Positions 30,412 through 40,500 of a DNA stretch of 64,000 bases are shown piece after piece. The position numbers and the translations under genes are program-made. Each line of letters starts with the position of its first letter. Position 1 is the stretch's first letter. The notes under the pieces are model-generated. The model was given only the letters and a program-made list of their open reading frames with translations, made no database searches and had not been told where the DNA came from. Origin of the DNA: Spirochaetia bacterium (GTDB lineage: Bacteria; Spirochaetota; Spirochaetia; DSM-2461); assembly GCA_963668315.1 (NCBI GenBank), contig OY764216.1:5440001-5504000 (forward strand), read 5' to 3'.

Positions 30412-33400
30412 ATGTGCTGTGGAGCGGCAAGACACCTGTTGAACATGTTGAGTGCCATGGTTGCGAGCCTTGTCCAATGTCTGTTGCTGCTGCAAGTGGC
30501 CCTGTGGTGTGCGTGCGTGAGCGGCGCTGAGGCCGATCCGCCGAGCCGGTTCAGCGATGAGCTCGCAAAGGCATCGCAGTTTCTCGCACAAGGTAATCGT
30601 ATCGGGGCATTCGAGATTGCCGATGGTCTGCTAACGCGGGCCAAGTATGTTCCATCCAGAAGAACCGATCTCCCGATCGCAATGCGAGATCTTGCCAACC
30701 GGCTTATGGATTACGGATACTACAGGGAAGCGGAGCCACTGTATCGGGCTGTTCTCGAGTTTTCTGAACGAATCGCCGGTCCGGATTCCGAGGCTGTGGC
30801 AACGAGCGCCAACAACTTGGGGCTTTGCTGTCTTCAGCAAGAGCGATATTCGGATGCCGAAGCACTTCTTAAGCGCTCGCTGCAGATCAGCGAACGTCGT
30901 CTCGGACCAACTCATCGACTGACCGCCGTGCGCTGTGACAATCTGGCAGTGCTGCACCAGGCTCTGGGCCGGTTCAACGAAGCGGAAATGCTTCAGCTGC
31001 GTGCTCTTCGCATCCTGGCGTCTCTACCGAATGCGTCAAAGTGCGACGAAGCCAACGTACTTGGAAACCTTGCAAGCGTACAACAGGACAAGGGATCTGC
31101 GATTGTCGCTGAGCGTGCCTATCAGCACGCGTTGGAGGTATTTGCGCATGCGTTCGGTGAGGACGCTCCGGAGACCGCTCACTGCCTTATGAATCTGAGC
31201 GTACTGTACGAAGAGAACGATCGATACGCAGAGGCGGAGAGCGCCTGCCAAAACGCCAGGAGGGTCCTTCTCCGCACCTTCCCGGCGGATCATCCGCGGA
31301 TCGCGTCGTGCAATAACAGCCTGGGAGCGATATACTGGAAGCAAGGACGCTATCGGGAAGCAGAAGCGAACCTCAAAGCGGCTCTTAACGCTCGTCAGAA
31401 GTGTTTTGGTCCGGGCCATTCGGAAACCGCGGTCACGGCCTCGAACCTCAGTGTGGTCTACTTGGATCAAGGCAGAATCACGGAAGCGGCCAATCTGCTC
31501 GAGGAGACGGTAGAAGTGCTGGAATCCGAGGACGGACCGGTGCATCCGCTCCTCGCTGGAGTTGTGTTGAATCTGGCAACTTGCCGGGTCGCCAAAGGGG
31601 ATAGAGCGGCAGCGGAGGGGCTGTATCGCCGCGCCCTGGAGATTCGTGAGAAGTCCCTTCCGGACGGTTCTCTGTCAACAATCAGCAGCCTGGAAGCCCT
31701 TGCGGGGTTCTATCTCGATGGCAGCCGGATTGAGCAGGCCGAACCGCTGATCGAACGCGCAGTTGCCCTCATTGACCGTCATGAAGCGGCTCCACCACGA
31801 TTGGTCAAGCAAGTGTACATGTCCAGGGCTGATTTGAAGTGGAAAACCAATCGTCGCGAGGACGCCGTCAGTGATTTGGAGGTGGCCATGCAACAGGGCG
31901 ATGCACTGCGCACTCATGCCTCCGGCGTCGAGACGGATCGGGCAAGGGCATTCTCTCAACATGTAGGCGTTTATGAGCGAATGGTGGCATACCAAACACA
32001 GTTGAGAGATGCCGGGAAGGCATTCGTAGCCATGGAGTCTTGTCGCGCGCAGGGATTGCAGGATTTGATGCGATCAAGCAATATTGACTTGCTCCAAAAC
32101 GTACCGGAGCCAACCGCGACCGCCCTGCGTGAGGCGGAGAGTCGAGCCCAAGCGGAATTGGCCGCATGGGAGAAGCAGTTTGAAGTTTTACGCACGCGAG
32201 CCGACATGAATGACGACCACAAGGTCGCCGAGGCCAAGCGACTCGAAGAAGAACTCGGTACCGCCCGGCAACGGCTTGTCCAGGCCTGGGCCAATATCAA
32301 GAATGCCAGCCCTGCCTATCGGCTCGTCGTTTCCGAAGATCGAGAACCGGTGCGGCTGGCAACGCTTCGGAAAGAACTGGACTCGTCAGATACGGTGGCG
32401 CTGCAATACATGCTCGGAAAGGAGAACGGATATCTGCTCGCCTATGGAGGGGGCAGAGAGCCGACCTTGACGGCCCTCCACGTCAGTCCGGCTCAGGCCG
32501 AGACGCTCGGATCCGAGTCCGGTCCTCTGACCTCGGCGCGGGCCCAGCAGATCTTGTTGGGCAGCAAGAATCGGCACGGGCTGCTCCAGGGGCTGACTGA
32601 TCTTCGGGCGATAAGCGTCGACGGCCTGCCGGCAAAGAGCACACTCGAACAACTTCGGACGTTCTGGTCCGTTCTGGTGCCCGACGAGTCGCTCCGCGAG
32701 CACCTCCTCGACGGCAAGAGTTTCAAGCGATTGCTCATCCTGCCCGACGGCGCATTGGCCCGACTGCCCTTCGAGGCCTTGCTCGTCGGTGACGATCCTG
32801 CAGATCCGGAGTACTTGCTCGATCGTGGCCCGGCAACCGTGTACGCTCCCTCCGCCACGGTCTTCCACAACCTCAAGCATCGTCGGAACGAAGCTTCGAG
32901 CGGGACAACGCTTACGGTTGGCAACCCAGACTACGGGGCCCGTGGAGAATCCGAGGATCGAGGCGGTGTTTTGGACGGGGTGAAGGTGGCAAGCCGCTTT
33001 GCCAGTCTGGGCAAGCTTTCCGATCTGCCCTGGACGGGCGACGAGAGCCGATGGATCAAGGAGACGTGTGAGGCCAAGGGCCTGCCCGTCCTTCAATTGA
33101 CGAAAGAGGCTGCCACCGAGGCCAATGTTCGCGAGAGCGTTGGCGGCCGCTCCATGGTGCACTTTGCCTGTCACGGACTGGCAGACGATTCCTATGGGAA
33201 CCTGTTCGGGGCGCTCGCGCTCACGCCGGTCGATGCGGGCGACCCGTCGGACGACGGGTTCCTGACGGTGGCGGAGATGTTCAACCTGAATTTGAAAGGT
33301 TGCGAACTGGCGATTCTCAGTGCGTGCGACACCAATATCGGGCCGAATCAGCGGGGCGAGGGCACATGGTCGATGTGCCGCGGGATGCTCACGTCGGGAG

Positions 33401-33618
33401 CCCGGCGGGTGATCACGACGGATTGGCAGGTGGCCGACGAGGCTTCGGCGCACCTGGTTTATGCCCTGGTGTACTATCTCCACGAATCCGAGGCCGGTCA
33501 GTGGGATTACGCCACGTCGTTGCGCGATGCGCGGCTTTCGATTCGGCAGCATGAAGAGAATGCCCATTGGCATCATCCCTATTTCTGGGCCCCGTTCGTT
33601 TTGATGGGGCCGGAGTAA
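30412..33618 (+). CDS. Exported TPR-CHAT protease 5
   Basis: Hydrophobic signal ending AEA (start may be 30445); TPRs; HFACHG and LSACDT. Confidence 0.95.
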   Translation: MCCGAARHLLNMLSAMVASLVQCLLLLQVALWCACVSGAEADPPSRFSDELAKASQFLAQGNRIGAFEIADGLLTRAKYVPSRRTDLPIAMRDLANRLMDYGYYREAEPLYRAVLEFSERIAGPDSEAVATSANNLGLCCLQQERYSDAEALLKRSLQISERRLGPTHRLTAVRCDNLAVLHQALGRFNEAEMLQLRALRILASLPNASKCDEANVLGNLASVQQDKGSAIVAERAYQHALEVFAHAFGEDAPETAHCLMNLSVLYEENDRYAEAESACQNARRVLLRTFPADHPRIASCNNSLGAIYWKQGRYREAEANLKAALNARQKCFGPGHSETAVTASNLSVVYLDQGRITEAANLLEETVEVLESEDGPVHPLLAGVVLNLATCRVAKGDRAAAEGLYRRALEIREKSLPDGSLSTISSLEALAGFYLDGSRIEQAEPLIERAVALIDRHEAAPPRLVKQVYMSRADLKWKTNRREDAVSDLEVAMQQGDALRTHASGVETDRARAFSQHVGVYERMVAYQTQLRDAGKAFVAMESCRAQGLQDLMRSSNIDLLQNVPEPTATALREAESRAQAELAAWEKQFEVLRTRADMNDDHKVAEAKRLEEELGTARQRLVQAWANIKNASPAYRLVVSEDREPVRLATLRKELDSSDTVALQYMLGKENGYLLAYGGGREPTLTALHVSPAQAETLGSESGPLTSARAQQILLGSKNRHGLLQGLTDLRAISVDGLPAKSTLEQLRTFWSVLVPDESLREHLLDGKSFKRLLILPDGALARLPFEALLVGDDPADPEYLLDRGPATVYAPSATVFHNLKHRRNEASSGTTLTVGNPDYGARGESEDRGGVLDGVKVASRFASLGKLSDLPWTGDESRWIKETCEAKGLPVLQLTKEAATEANVRESVGGRSMVHFACHGLADDSYGNLFGALALTPVDAGDPSDDGFLTVAEMFNLNLKGCELAILSACDTNIGPNQRGEGTWSMCRGMLTSGARRVITTDWQVADEASAHLVYALVYYLHESEAGQWDYATSLRDARLSIRQHEENAHWHHPYFWAPFVLMGPE

Positions 33619-33662
33619 CGATTTCGTTTTTTCCCAGGAGTCGCGTAATCTTGGCAGCAATC

Positions 33663-33728
33663 CACGACAATCCCCAATGGCACCACCCCCATTACTGGGC
33701 ACCGTTTGTTCTGATGGGACCGGAGTAG
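33663..33728 (+). pseudogene. Orphan 3' end of a further TPR-CHAT gene
   Basis: Translates HDNPQWHHPHYWAPFVLMGPE*, about 45 nt after the stop of CHAT 5. Confidence 0.9.
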
Positions 33729-33747
33729 CGATTCTGCGTGCTCGCGG

Positions 33748-33775
33748 GCGCAATCTCGACTGCGTTCGAGTGTAT
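33748..33775 (+). promoter_or_regulatory. Putative ECF promoter, copy 4
   Basis: GCGCAA-N16-GTGTAT, about 90 nt upstream of ATG 33864. Confidence 0.65.
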
Positions 33776-33863
33776 GAATCGTGGGCTCCGATCAAGAGCT
33801 CGCCACCCCCACCAGGGGAGGGTGATAGATTTGCGGCACTCATTACGACAAGGACCTCCCACC

Positions 33864-36002
33864 ATGCGACGAGCATTTCTCACGTCACTTATGAGCGTTA
33901 TGGTCTTCATCTCGCACCTCTTGGCCGCCCAAGGAGCCGGCAAGGCCCTCATCATCGGCATCGAACAATACGAAAAGGCGCCGCGACTGGATTTCGTCAG
34001 AAACGACGTCAAGAATCTGGCCGAAGCCCTCTCGAACCGCTGCCTCTACGACGTCACCATGGTGATCGATTCGGCCGTCGACTCCCGGTTGGATTCCATC
34101 GGCCCCACCACCCATCGCGACGCGATCATGCGCCGCATCGAGGATTGGCTCGCCGGAATCCAACCAGAAGACAACGCGATCCTCTATTTCAGCGGGCACG
34201 GGTTCTTGGACGCGGACGGAAAACTGTACCTCGCCGTAATCAACTGTGACCCCCGAAACCCGTCTCCCGGGGGAATTCCCGTGGAGTGGCTCCGTGAACA
34301 CTTGAAGCAATGCCGGGCTGCCCGGAAGGTTCTCCTGCTCGATGCCTGCCATTCCGGCAACGCGAGAAGCAACGCCGTCCAGTCGGTTTCGGCCAAGGCT
34401 ATCGCCGTCGAATTCGCCGGCGTGGAGGGCATTACGACGCTTGCGAGCTGCCAGGGTGACGAAAACAGTTATCTCTGGTCGCAGAAGGAGCACTCCCTGT
34501 TCACGTACTGGCTTGCCCAGGGACTCCTGGGCCATGCCGATGTGGGCTGCGACGGGGAGATCACCTTCGACGAACTCGCCGATTTCGTGTCGAACAACGT
34601 GTCGCTCGTCGCCGACATGGAATTGGGCAAGAAGCAAACTCCTGTTGTTGTCGGCGACAGGAATCCCAACGGCGCCCTCACACTGCAGGTCAAGCCCGTG
34701 GAGCTTTCGCTGCTGATCTCTGACATGGCCGACCAGATCGATACACAGCTTCGGCGTGAGGAGTTCCCCGCCGTGGGAATTGTGCCTTCCTTCACCTGCG
34801 GTGAGACGGGGCAGAGACTGGACCCCCAGTTCGGAATGCTCCCGAGCTATGTGGCCGCCGAACTCCGCCGCTTGCTTTCCAGCCGAGGCCGTCATGAGTA
34901 TCGAATCATCAGTGAGAATGCAATGCGAGAGACGTTGCAGGAGATCGGGGCCGGACTGTCCGACATTGGGGCCAGCAAGACGAGAAACCTCCGGGCCGCG
35001 CGTTCGTCCGAAGAGATTCCGATTCCTTCCCTGGTGACCGGCAGGATCCGCCGTGGCCACGGCCCGATCGTTCGCGTTTCGTGCAATCTTGTCGACGCGA
35101 AGAACATGTACGAAATCGGCTCGGCCGGCGGCACTGCCTACCTGAACGAATCCGAACTCGCCATGGCCCCCGACAGCGTGTCGCACGTTGACTCGGGCGA
35201 GAAGCAGCGCCCAACCGTGGCGCCTGCACCGGGGCCCAAGAACCGGGTCCGACCCCGCCCGCAAACATCCACCGGAAGCGGCGGAGCGGTCGCTCCTGCC
35301 ATGCCTCCCGGCGTCGTTGAGGCCCACCAGAAGCACAAGCAGAAGGCCAAGCTGCCCCATCCGTTGAAGGATCCGAACTTCCCCTACCGCATTGCGATCT
35401 ACGTCAAGGTCGGACCAAACAGGTACCTCCCACGCGAGCTGCATTTCGAGGGAAACCAGTGCTTCGTGACGCTTGATCGGGGCGAGGTCTACGCGATCTG
35501 GATTGAAAACCGCACGGATCACGGCGTCTTTCTGCGGTTGATGGTCGACGGACTGAATACCCTTGCACAAAGCGTTGGGGTCGATGAATCCGGGATCGAA
35601 GTGAAACCGAGTGAAGAAAAAGTCGTCGCTCCTCGCGTCAGCCTTGAGAACGCCCAGGCCTGGCATGTCGACCCGGATAAGATCAACGCGGTAGTCGGCT
35701 TCCACAGCAACGAGGAGGATACGGCGTATGAATTCCAGGTTGTTGACCTGGAGGAATCGGCCGCTGCAAGTCAGGGCTACACCGAGAACATCGGGCTCAT
35801 CACGGCAGCATTCTACAAAGAAAAAGCGAAGACCCGAGGCAGGGGGGGCCCTTCGGTGCAAGCACGTGATCCAGACGGCGGTACAAAGGTCGGCGAGAAG
35901 GTGATTCAGGTCGTTGAGAAATACGAAGGGCCCTACGTTCCTGGCGACCTGCTTACCGTGCTTCACATTCGCTATGTTTATTCCAGTGACAAGTCGGAAT
36001 AG
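33864..36002 (+). CDS. Exported caspase-like protease + CsgG/FlgO/TolB-N-like domain + Pro-rich linker + beta-sandwich domain
   Basis: Signal peptide; YFSGHG, LLDACHSG; middle domain ending SLVTGRI...VSCNLVD; C-terminal GEVYAIWIEN...VDGLN...IGLITAAFY. Confidence 0.85.
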   Translation: MRRAFLTSLMSVMVFISHLLAAQGAGKALIIGIEQYEKAPRLDFVRNDVKNLAEALSNRCLYDVTMVIDSAVDSRLDSIGPTTHRDAIMRRIEDWLAGIQPEDNAILYFSGHGFLDADGKLYLAVINCDPRNPSPGGIPVEWLREHLKQCRAARKVLLLDACHSGNARSNAVQSVSAKAIAVEFAGVEGITTLASCQGDENSYLWSQKEHSLFTYWLAQGLLGHADVGCDGEITFDELADFVSNNVSLVADMELGKKQTPVVVGDRNPNGALTLQVKPVELSLLISDMADQIDTQLRREEFPAVGIVPSFTCGETGQRLDPQFGMLPSYVAAELRRLLSSRGRHEYRIISENAMRETLQEIGAGLSDIGASKTRNLRAARSSEEIPIPSLVTGRIRRGHGPIVRVSCNLVDAKNMYEIGSAGGTAYLNESELAMAPDSVSHVDSGEKQRPTVAPAPGPKNRVRPRPQTSTGSGGAVAPAMPPGVVEAHQKHKQKAKLPHPLKDPNFPYRIAIYVKVGPNRYLPRELHFEGNQCFVTLDRGEVYAIWIENRTDHGVFLRLMVDGLNTLAQSVGVDESGIEVKPSEEKVVAPRVSLENAQAWHVDPDKINAVVGFHSNEEDTAYEFQVVDLEESAAASQGYTENIGLITAAFYKEKAKTRGRGGPSVQARDPDGGTKVGEKVIQVVEKYEGPYVPGDLLTVLHIRYVYSSDKSE

Positions 36003-36035
36003 GCCGTTGCCGAGGATGATAGGAAGGAGCTACTC

Positions 36036-37493
36036 GTGATAGAATCAACTGTCCTGCACCGAGGCGACCGGCGGGGTGCGAGCCGTTGCTTCATGGCCGT
36101 CTTCATTCTGGTCTCTCTGCTCGGTCCTGCCGCATTACACTCTCAGGATCAGCCTGCCGGGGCGGACAGCCTGACCGTCGGACGCCGCTGGGCCGTGATC
36201 GTTTGCGTCAACGACTATGACGACGCCGGCATCCCGGATTTGCGATTTTGTGAGGCCGACGGGCAATTGTTGGCCGGCGTCTTGAGCGAGGAATGCGGAT
36301 ACAACCCGCGCGACGTCGTAATGCTGGTGAGCGGCGCCACGAGCAGTTCGATGCGTCCCACGCTCGCAAACATTCGCACGGAACTCCGGTTTCTTGCGCG
36401 GCGTGCCCAAGCGGATGATGTTGTTCTCGTCTATTTCTCCGGGCATGGCTACCTGGACGACAACGGGCGGGGCTACCTTCTGCCGGAAGACTGTCGGCGA
36501 GACAACCTCGAGGGCTCGACCCTTCCGACGGCTGAGTTGCGTGAATGCCTGGCCGATTGTCCTGCTCGCGGCAAGTTGCTCGTCCTGGACTGCTGCCATG
36601 CGGGAGGCAAGGGCTTGCAGGTGGATCCGACCGGCGAGGAACTGGGCACGGTGTTTCGGGAGACGCCTGGACTGCTCACGCTTGCCAGTTGCCGGGCGGG
36701 GGAGCGATCCTGGGAATGGGAGCACAAACGCCACGGCCTTTTCAGCTACTACCTCGCCGAAGGACTCCGCGGCGAGGCCGACACGCAGTATGACGGTCTT
36801 GTCGACAGCACGGAACTCTACAGTTACGTGCGCGGCAAGGTCATCTCGACGGCCCAGGAAATCGACGCCGCCCAGACACCGGTCCAGGTCGTCGGGCCCG
36901 GCGAGGTGCCCGTATTCGCCTTGGCCAAGGTGAAGCCCAAGGTCTATTTCGAGGACTTTTCCGGAACTCAGCCCGGCATGGCTCCCGAGGACTGGAAAGG
37001 TCGGGGGCTGACCGTTCAGGAGTTGGGCGGCCAGCGGGTGTTGCAGGCCCGCGACCTCGGCCAGGGCTTTGTCGACTTGCCCGCCCAGCGGATCACGGGG
37101 GATTTCTTTGTCGAGTGTTTCTTCGACACCAACGGCTACGTGAACAAGCCTCGCAGTTTCGAGTTGAGTCTGTTCACGAAACAGGGCTCGCCGATTGTCC
37201 GGGTCGCCGTACTGGATCGCTACCCGAACTGCGACGTTACCGTGAACAATCGCCACCTCCGTGCGCCGAGACTCAACCGGAAGAACAGGCTGTACATTAC
37301 TCGCTCAGGTCGCGGCCTGAGCGTGCAATTGAACGGCGAGCCCGTCGAAGCCACGCAAATATCCGACGCCGATCTTCCCGGCCTGCGACTGGCCCTGGGC
37401 AACAATCGCGACGAATACGGCCGCGTGGACACCAGCAAGTTTCCCACCGTCTACTCGATCCGCGTTGGACCACTGGCTGCGGACGGAGGTTGA
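36036..37493 (+). CDS. Exported caspase-like protease with C-terminal beta-sandwich (possibly ConA/LamG-like)
   Basis: AGGAAGGAG RBS; YFSGHG, VLDCCHAG, HGLFSYYL. Confidence 0.9.
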   Translation: MIESTVLHRGDRRGASRCFMAVFILVSLLGPAALHSQDQPAGADSLTVGRRWAVIVCVNDYDDAGIPDLRFCEADGQLLAGVLSEECGYNPRDVVMLVSGATSSSMRPTLANIRTELRFLARRAQADDVVLVYFSGHGYLDDNGRGYLLPEDCRRDNLEGSTLPTAELRECLADCPARGKLLVLDCCHAGGKGLQVDPTGEELGTVFRETPGLLTLASCRAGERSWEWEHKRHGLFSYYLAEGLRGEADTQYDGLVDSTELYSYVRGKVISTAQEIDAAQTPVQVVGPGEVPVFALAKVKPKVYFEDFSGTQPGMAPEDWKGRGLTVQELGGQRVLQARDLGQGFVDLPAQRITGDFFVECFFDTNGYVNKPRSFELSLFTKQGSPIVRVAVLDRYPNCDVTVNNRHLRAPRLNRKNRLYITRSGRGLSVQLNGEPVEATQISDADLPGLRLALGNNRDEYGRVDTSKFPTVYSIRVGPLAADGG

Positions 37494-37585
37494 CGGGGGC
37501 AGCATCCAATCGGCAATCCGTCGATCGGCGCGGTTTCTCTTCATGAACGAGATGGAAATCCAGGATAGATTGAGCGAGGGCATCA

Positions 37586-40500
37586 ATGAAGTCAAGCACG
37601 TTCTGCCGGCTGTGTTTGATCGCCGGAAGTCTGGCGGGTGTTTTCGGGCTGAATTCGGGCTTGCCCACGCGGGCAGCCGAGTCGACGGAGGAATCACCAC
37701 CGGTCTTGCTGCGTTGGAAGCTCCAACCCGGAGAAGAGCTGCGTTATTCCCTGCAACAGACGGATGTCGGACTGTCTTCTTTCGGCAGCATGCACGAAGA
37801 AGCAACCGAGGAAGGTCGACGTGTTATGAGTGTCGACATGTCCTGGCATGTTGACGAGGTCCAGTCCGAGAAGGTTGATCTCTCCATGCAAGTCCGGCGA
37901 CTTCGATTCTGCATGGAGCAACTCGAAGGAACGACGAATGAGCCAGGTGATGCCTCCAAGTCGCTCTCCGTCCGGTTTGACTCCCAAACGGAGGACTTCA
38001 AGCTCCGCCTCGATCCGTCCAAGCGGCACGAGCCGTTGCTGATCCCACAAAATCAGGCAGGAAATGCCCTGCAAGACTACGCCAGGCTGTGTGGCCAGAA
38101 ATCCCGCTTCACACTCTCTCCTCGCGGAGACGTTCTCCAAGCCGAGTTGCCCCAGGGACTGAAACGCCGGTTCCAACTTGGCGAAGGAGGCGAACAAAGG
38201 TTCCTGGCTCTGCAGTTTGATCCGCTGGCAAGGCTGACCAGTTGTTTTACACAAGGAGACTTCGCGTCCGTGGCCCTGGGGTCGTTCGTTCCCCCTGGCC
38301 TGCAAGTAACAACGAACCGGGGACCAACGGCCTTCTCGCAAATCTCGTCACTGCTATTCGGGTGCCTGCCGAGCCACGCGGTTCGAATCGGCGATCGTTG
38401 GGAGAGGGAGACGTCCATGGAGACGATGTTGTTCAACGCCACCACAACGTCTCATTTCACCTATCAAGGTCTTGTTGAGATGGACGGCCGGGCGATCGAC
38501 AAGATCTCCATGGAGATGGAGTTACATCTCACGCCGTCTCAAATGGTGGCAAACGCGAGCCCTGGAGCACAGCTTGGCGAGTACTGGAAGAAGTTCAATC
38601 AATTCGTGACCTTTCAACTGAATGGCACGTGGTGCTTCGATCGCGATCGAGGGCGTACTGTTGAAATGATGATCGACGTGAACACCCAGTTCCGGGTTGA
38701 CCCGCAAGAATACAGCGGCGCGTATGCATCGGTGATGGCCAACCAGGAACGGCAGTCTCGTCACAGGATTCACATCGCGGAGGGCGCAAGCGGTGAAGAA
38801 GAACTTAAGATGCCCGCCTATCTTTCGGAAAATCGACCGCAATTGGTCGACCTACGAACACAACTGAAGACGAGATACGAGGAACAGTTCCAGGCAGGGC
38901 AGTATGGGCAGGCGGCGAAGACAGCAGACGAGCTCTTTCGACTGCACCAGCGTTTCATCCATTGGACGCGTCAAGGCAATCGGGACAATGGCGACGGGAT
39001 CCCCGCGAACCACTTTCTGAGCCAAGGTTCGGAGTTTCTAGAAGGTTTGGATTGGGCGGCGCAGGCCCTGATGATGCGAGGGGACGCCGAGGCGAAGATG
39101 TCTCGTTTCGCCGAGGCAGAACGCTCCTATCTCGATGCTGAACAGGGGTTACGGTCGCTCCGAGGATGGTGGAGCCCCGAACTGGCCGCCACTTATCAGC
39201 GTCTGGCTGATCTGTCCGCGGAACAGGAACACTGGGCCAAGGCACTCGAATACCAGGAAAGGTCCGCCAATATTCGTGAGACCCTCCTCAAGCCCACTGG
39301 GGAATTAGGGCTGCGGTTTCACGTCGTCATGGATGAAACGAGTGGGGCAGCAGGCCGACGGCCTTTCGGATTCCTGCGGATTTCCGAGGTGGCTCCCGGT
39401 TCCGCGGCGGCTACGACCCTGGGCCTGAAAGTTGGCAACACCATTGACTTCATCCAGGCAGACGGCGGAGTCCTGCTCAACTGCGGCGGCGAAGTCCGGG
39501 GGAACGAGGCAGCGGAGTGCCTCAACAGCTTGCTGAGCGGGCCTGCTGGGACGAAGGTCGCCGTCCGAGCCCATTACGGTCGCAACGCAGCATCCGAGTT
39601 CCAATGGCTCGAACGTGCAGCCCGTGAAGACCACGAGCCACCCTCCGAAGCCGCGGTGAGCAATCTGGTCTCCTGCCTGCTTCGCATGGCCTCGCTCTGC
39701 CGACACGCCGGCGATTTGAAAAGAGCGAGAAGTTCCCTGCTCCGTGCAGCCGATCTGGCCGACAGCGTTGACAATCTGGACGGCGGATCGGCGGCAACTC
39801 GCTACGAGTTGGCATGCGTGTTGCAGGAAGAGGGCCGATCCGAAAAGGCGGAACAGCTCTTTCGGGAATGCGCGGAACAACTGAAAGAAGAGACACAGGA
39901 TCGGGAGTTGTACGCTTGCGTGCTGGCGAGTTGGGCAACATTGGACCAACAGGCAGGCAACACGGAAAAGGCCGTACAACGAATCCGGAAAGCCGCATCG
40001 ATCCGAACGGAGTTATTCGGCTCGAAACATCCGGAAACGGTGGCCACCCATTGGCAACTGGCAAGGTTTCTCCTTGAGTCGAAGGCCGCAAACGAAGCCT
40101 CCCGGGTCCTGGAAGCAACGCTCGATGAAATCGACGACAGTGCGGGCAGCTTCACCCTAAAGGCCAAATGCCTGCAAACATTGGCGGAAGCGAAATGGGC
40201 TCTGCAGGAACGTGACGCAGCGATCGACCTCCTCCGCCAAGCCATGAATCAGGCCGAACTTCAGCGCGGGGCAACCAAGGGAGGGGACTCGGTCCGGGTC
40301 AGCCTGTTTGGCCGATTTGCAGGTGCTTATGAGCGGATGGTCGAGTGGCAGATCGCTCGCCAGCAACCTGCGGAGGCTTACGAGGCCATCGAACGCTCCC
40401 GCGCACGATCCCTTATCGACCATCTGCAGTGGTACGGCGTTGACCTCCTGCAGAGCGTGGACGACTCGAATCTGAATGTCATGCGTCTCTTGGGGGGAGA

